Positions 63,401-64,000 of a stretch of DNA of 64,000 bases are shown piece after piece (within the stretch, counting starts at the first letter, position 1; the number at the start of each line of letters is the position of its first letter). Where the stretch lies: assembly GCA_964016885.1 (NCBI GenBank), contig OZ024741.1, positions 141,918,001 to 141,982,000 of the forward strand, in the 5' to 3' direction. The position numbers and the translations under genes are program-made. The notes below the pieces were generated by a model. It was not told where the DNA came from. It saw nothing but the letters and a program-made list of their open reading frames with translations, and ran no database searches. The stretch comes from Eledone cirrhosa. Taxonomy: Eukaryota.

Positions 63401-64000
63401 ATTGATATCTCATTTCACATACGTGACCTATACATACATATATATATATATATATATACAGAGAGAGAGAGGGGGGAGTGTGTGTGTGTGTGAATGAGAG
63501 AAAGAGAGGGGGCAGACTGAGAGAGAGAAAGAGAGAGAAGAGAGAAATAGATACAATTTTTCTGATTCTTTGTTTGTTAGAACTTTTTATATGAGTCGGC
63601 AGAAGCCAACTATGCCATAAAAAATGTATCAGTGCAACAGGGGTGGTTGATTGGTTGAATTGTTACACGGGTCAGACGGGAAGCTTCGCGGTATCTGATC
63701 CGGTACTATAGTTCTGAGATCGAATCCCGCCTCCTTCAACCAGAATTTACGACAAACAGACAGTACCAGCATGCAACAGTAGAGATGACTCATTGAAGTA
63801 AAGCAACCATTGGAATAGCTTTATCTTCCTGAGAGAAGGATGAAACACGACGGTGATGAGAATATTTTTGGAAGACTGTCATTTTTTCGTGACAAGTCCT
63901 CGACTATTCTGTGAATCCTCCGTGTCTAAATTCTCAAGGATGTTCAGTGAATTGTAGTTATCTTCTTTAGGCAGAGTTTTGGTAACCTGATTGAAGACCT

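Overview
AT-rich, microsatellite-dense animal DNA. The SINE, LINE and Penelope repertoire suggests an octopus or other coleoid cephalopod (inference from repeat families). No host protein-coding exon can be called with confidence, and the window is almost entirely transposable elements. It holds an apparently intact Tx1/L1-clade LINE running off the left edge, two decayed R4/Dong-like RLE retrotransposons, Penelope-like elements (Naiad-type RT plus GIY-YIG) with long inverted arms, a decayed Rep/PIF1 Helitron with non-autonomous relatives, a near-full-length RTE LINE, CRE and mariner remnants, two tRNA-derived SINE families and several satellites. The most interesting layer is non-coding. About a dozen hammerhead-ribozyme-like motifs lie in Penelope-type repeats, including a 541-bp retrozyme-like tandem unit and two divergent, co-varying copies of a hammerhead whose strands occur in a non-circularly permuted order. 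Three retroelement families also appear to share (TAA)n/(TTA)n microsatellites as an insertion niche. Most short ORFs in the track are microsatellite or antisense artefacts. Boundaries of decayed elements are approximate, and all RNA pairings were done by eye.
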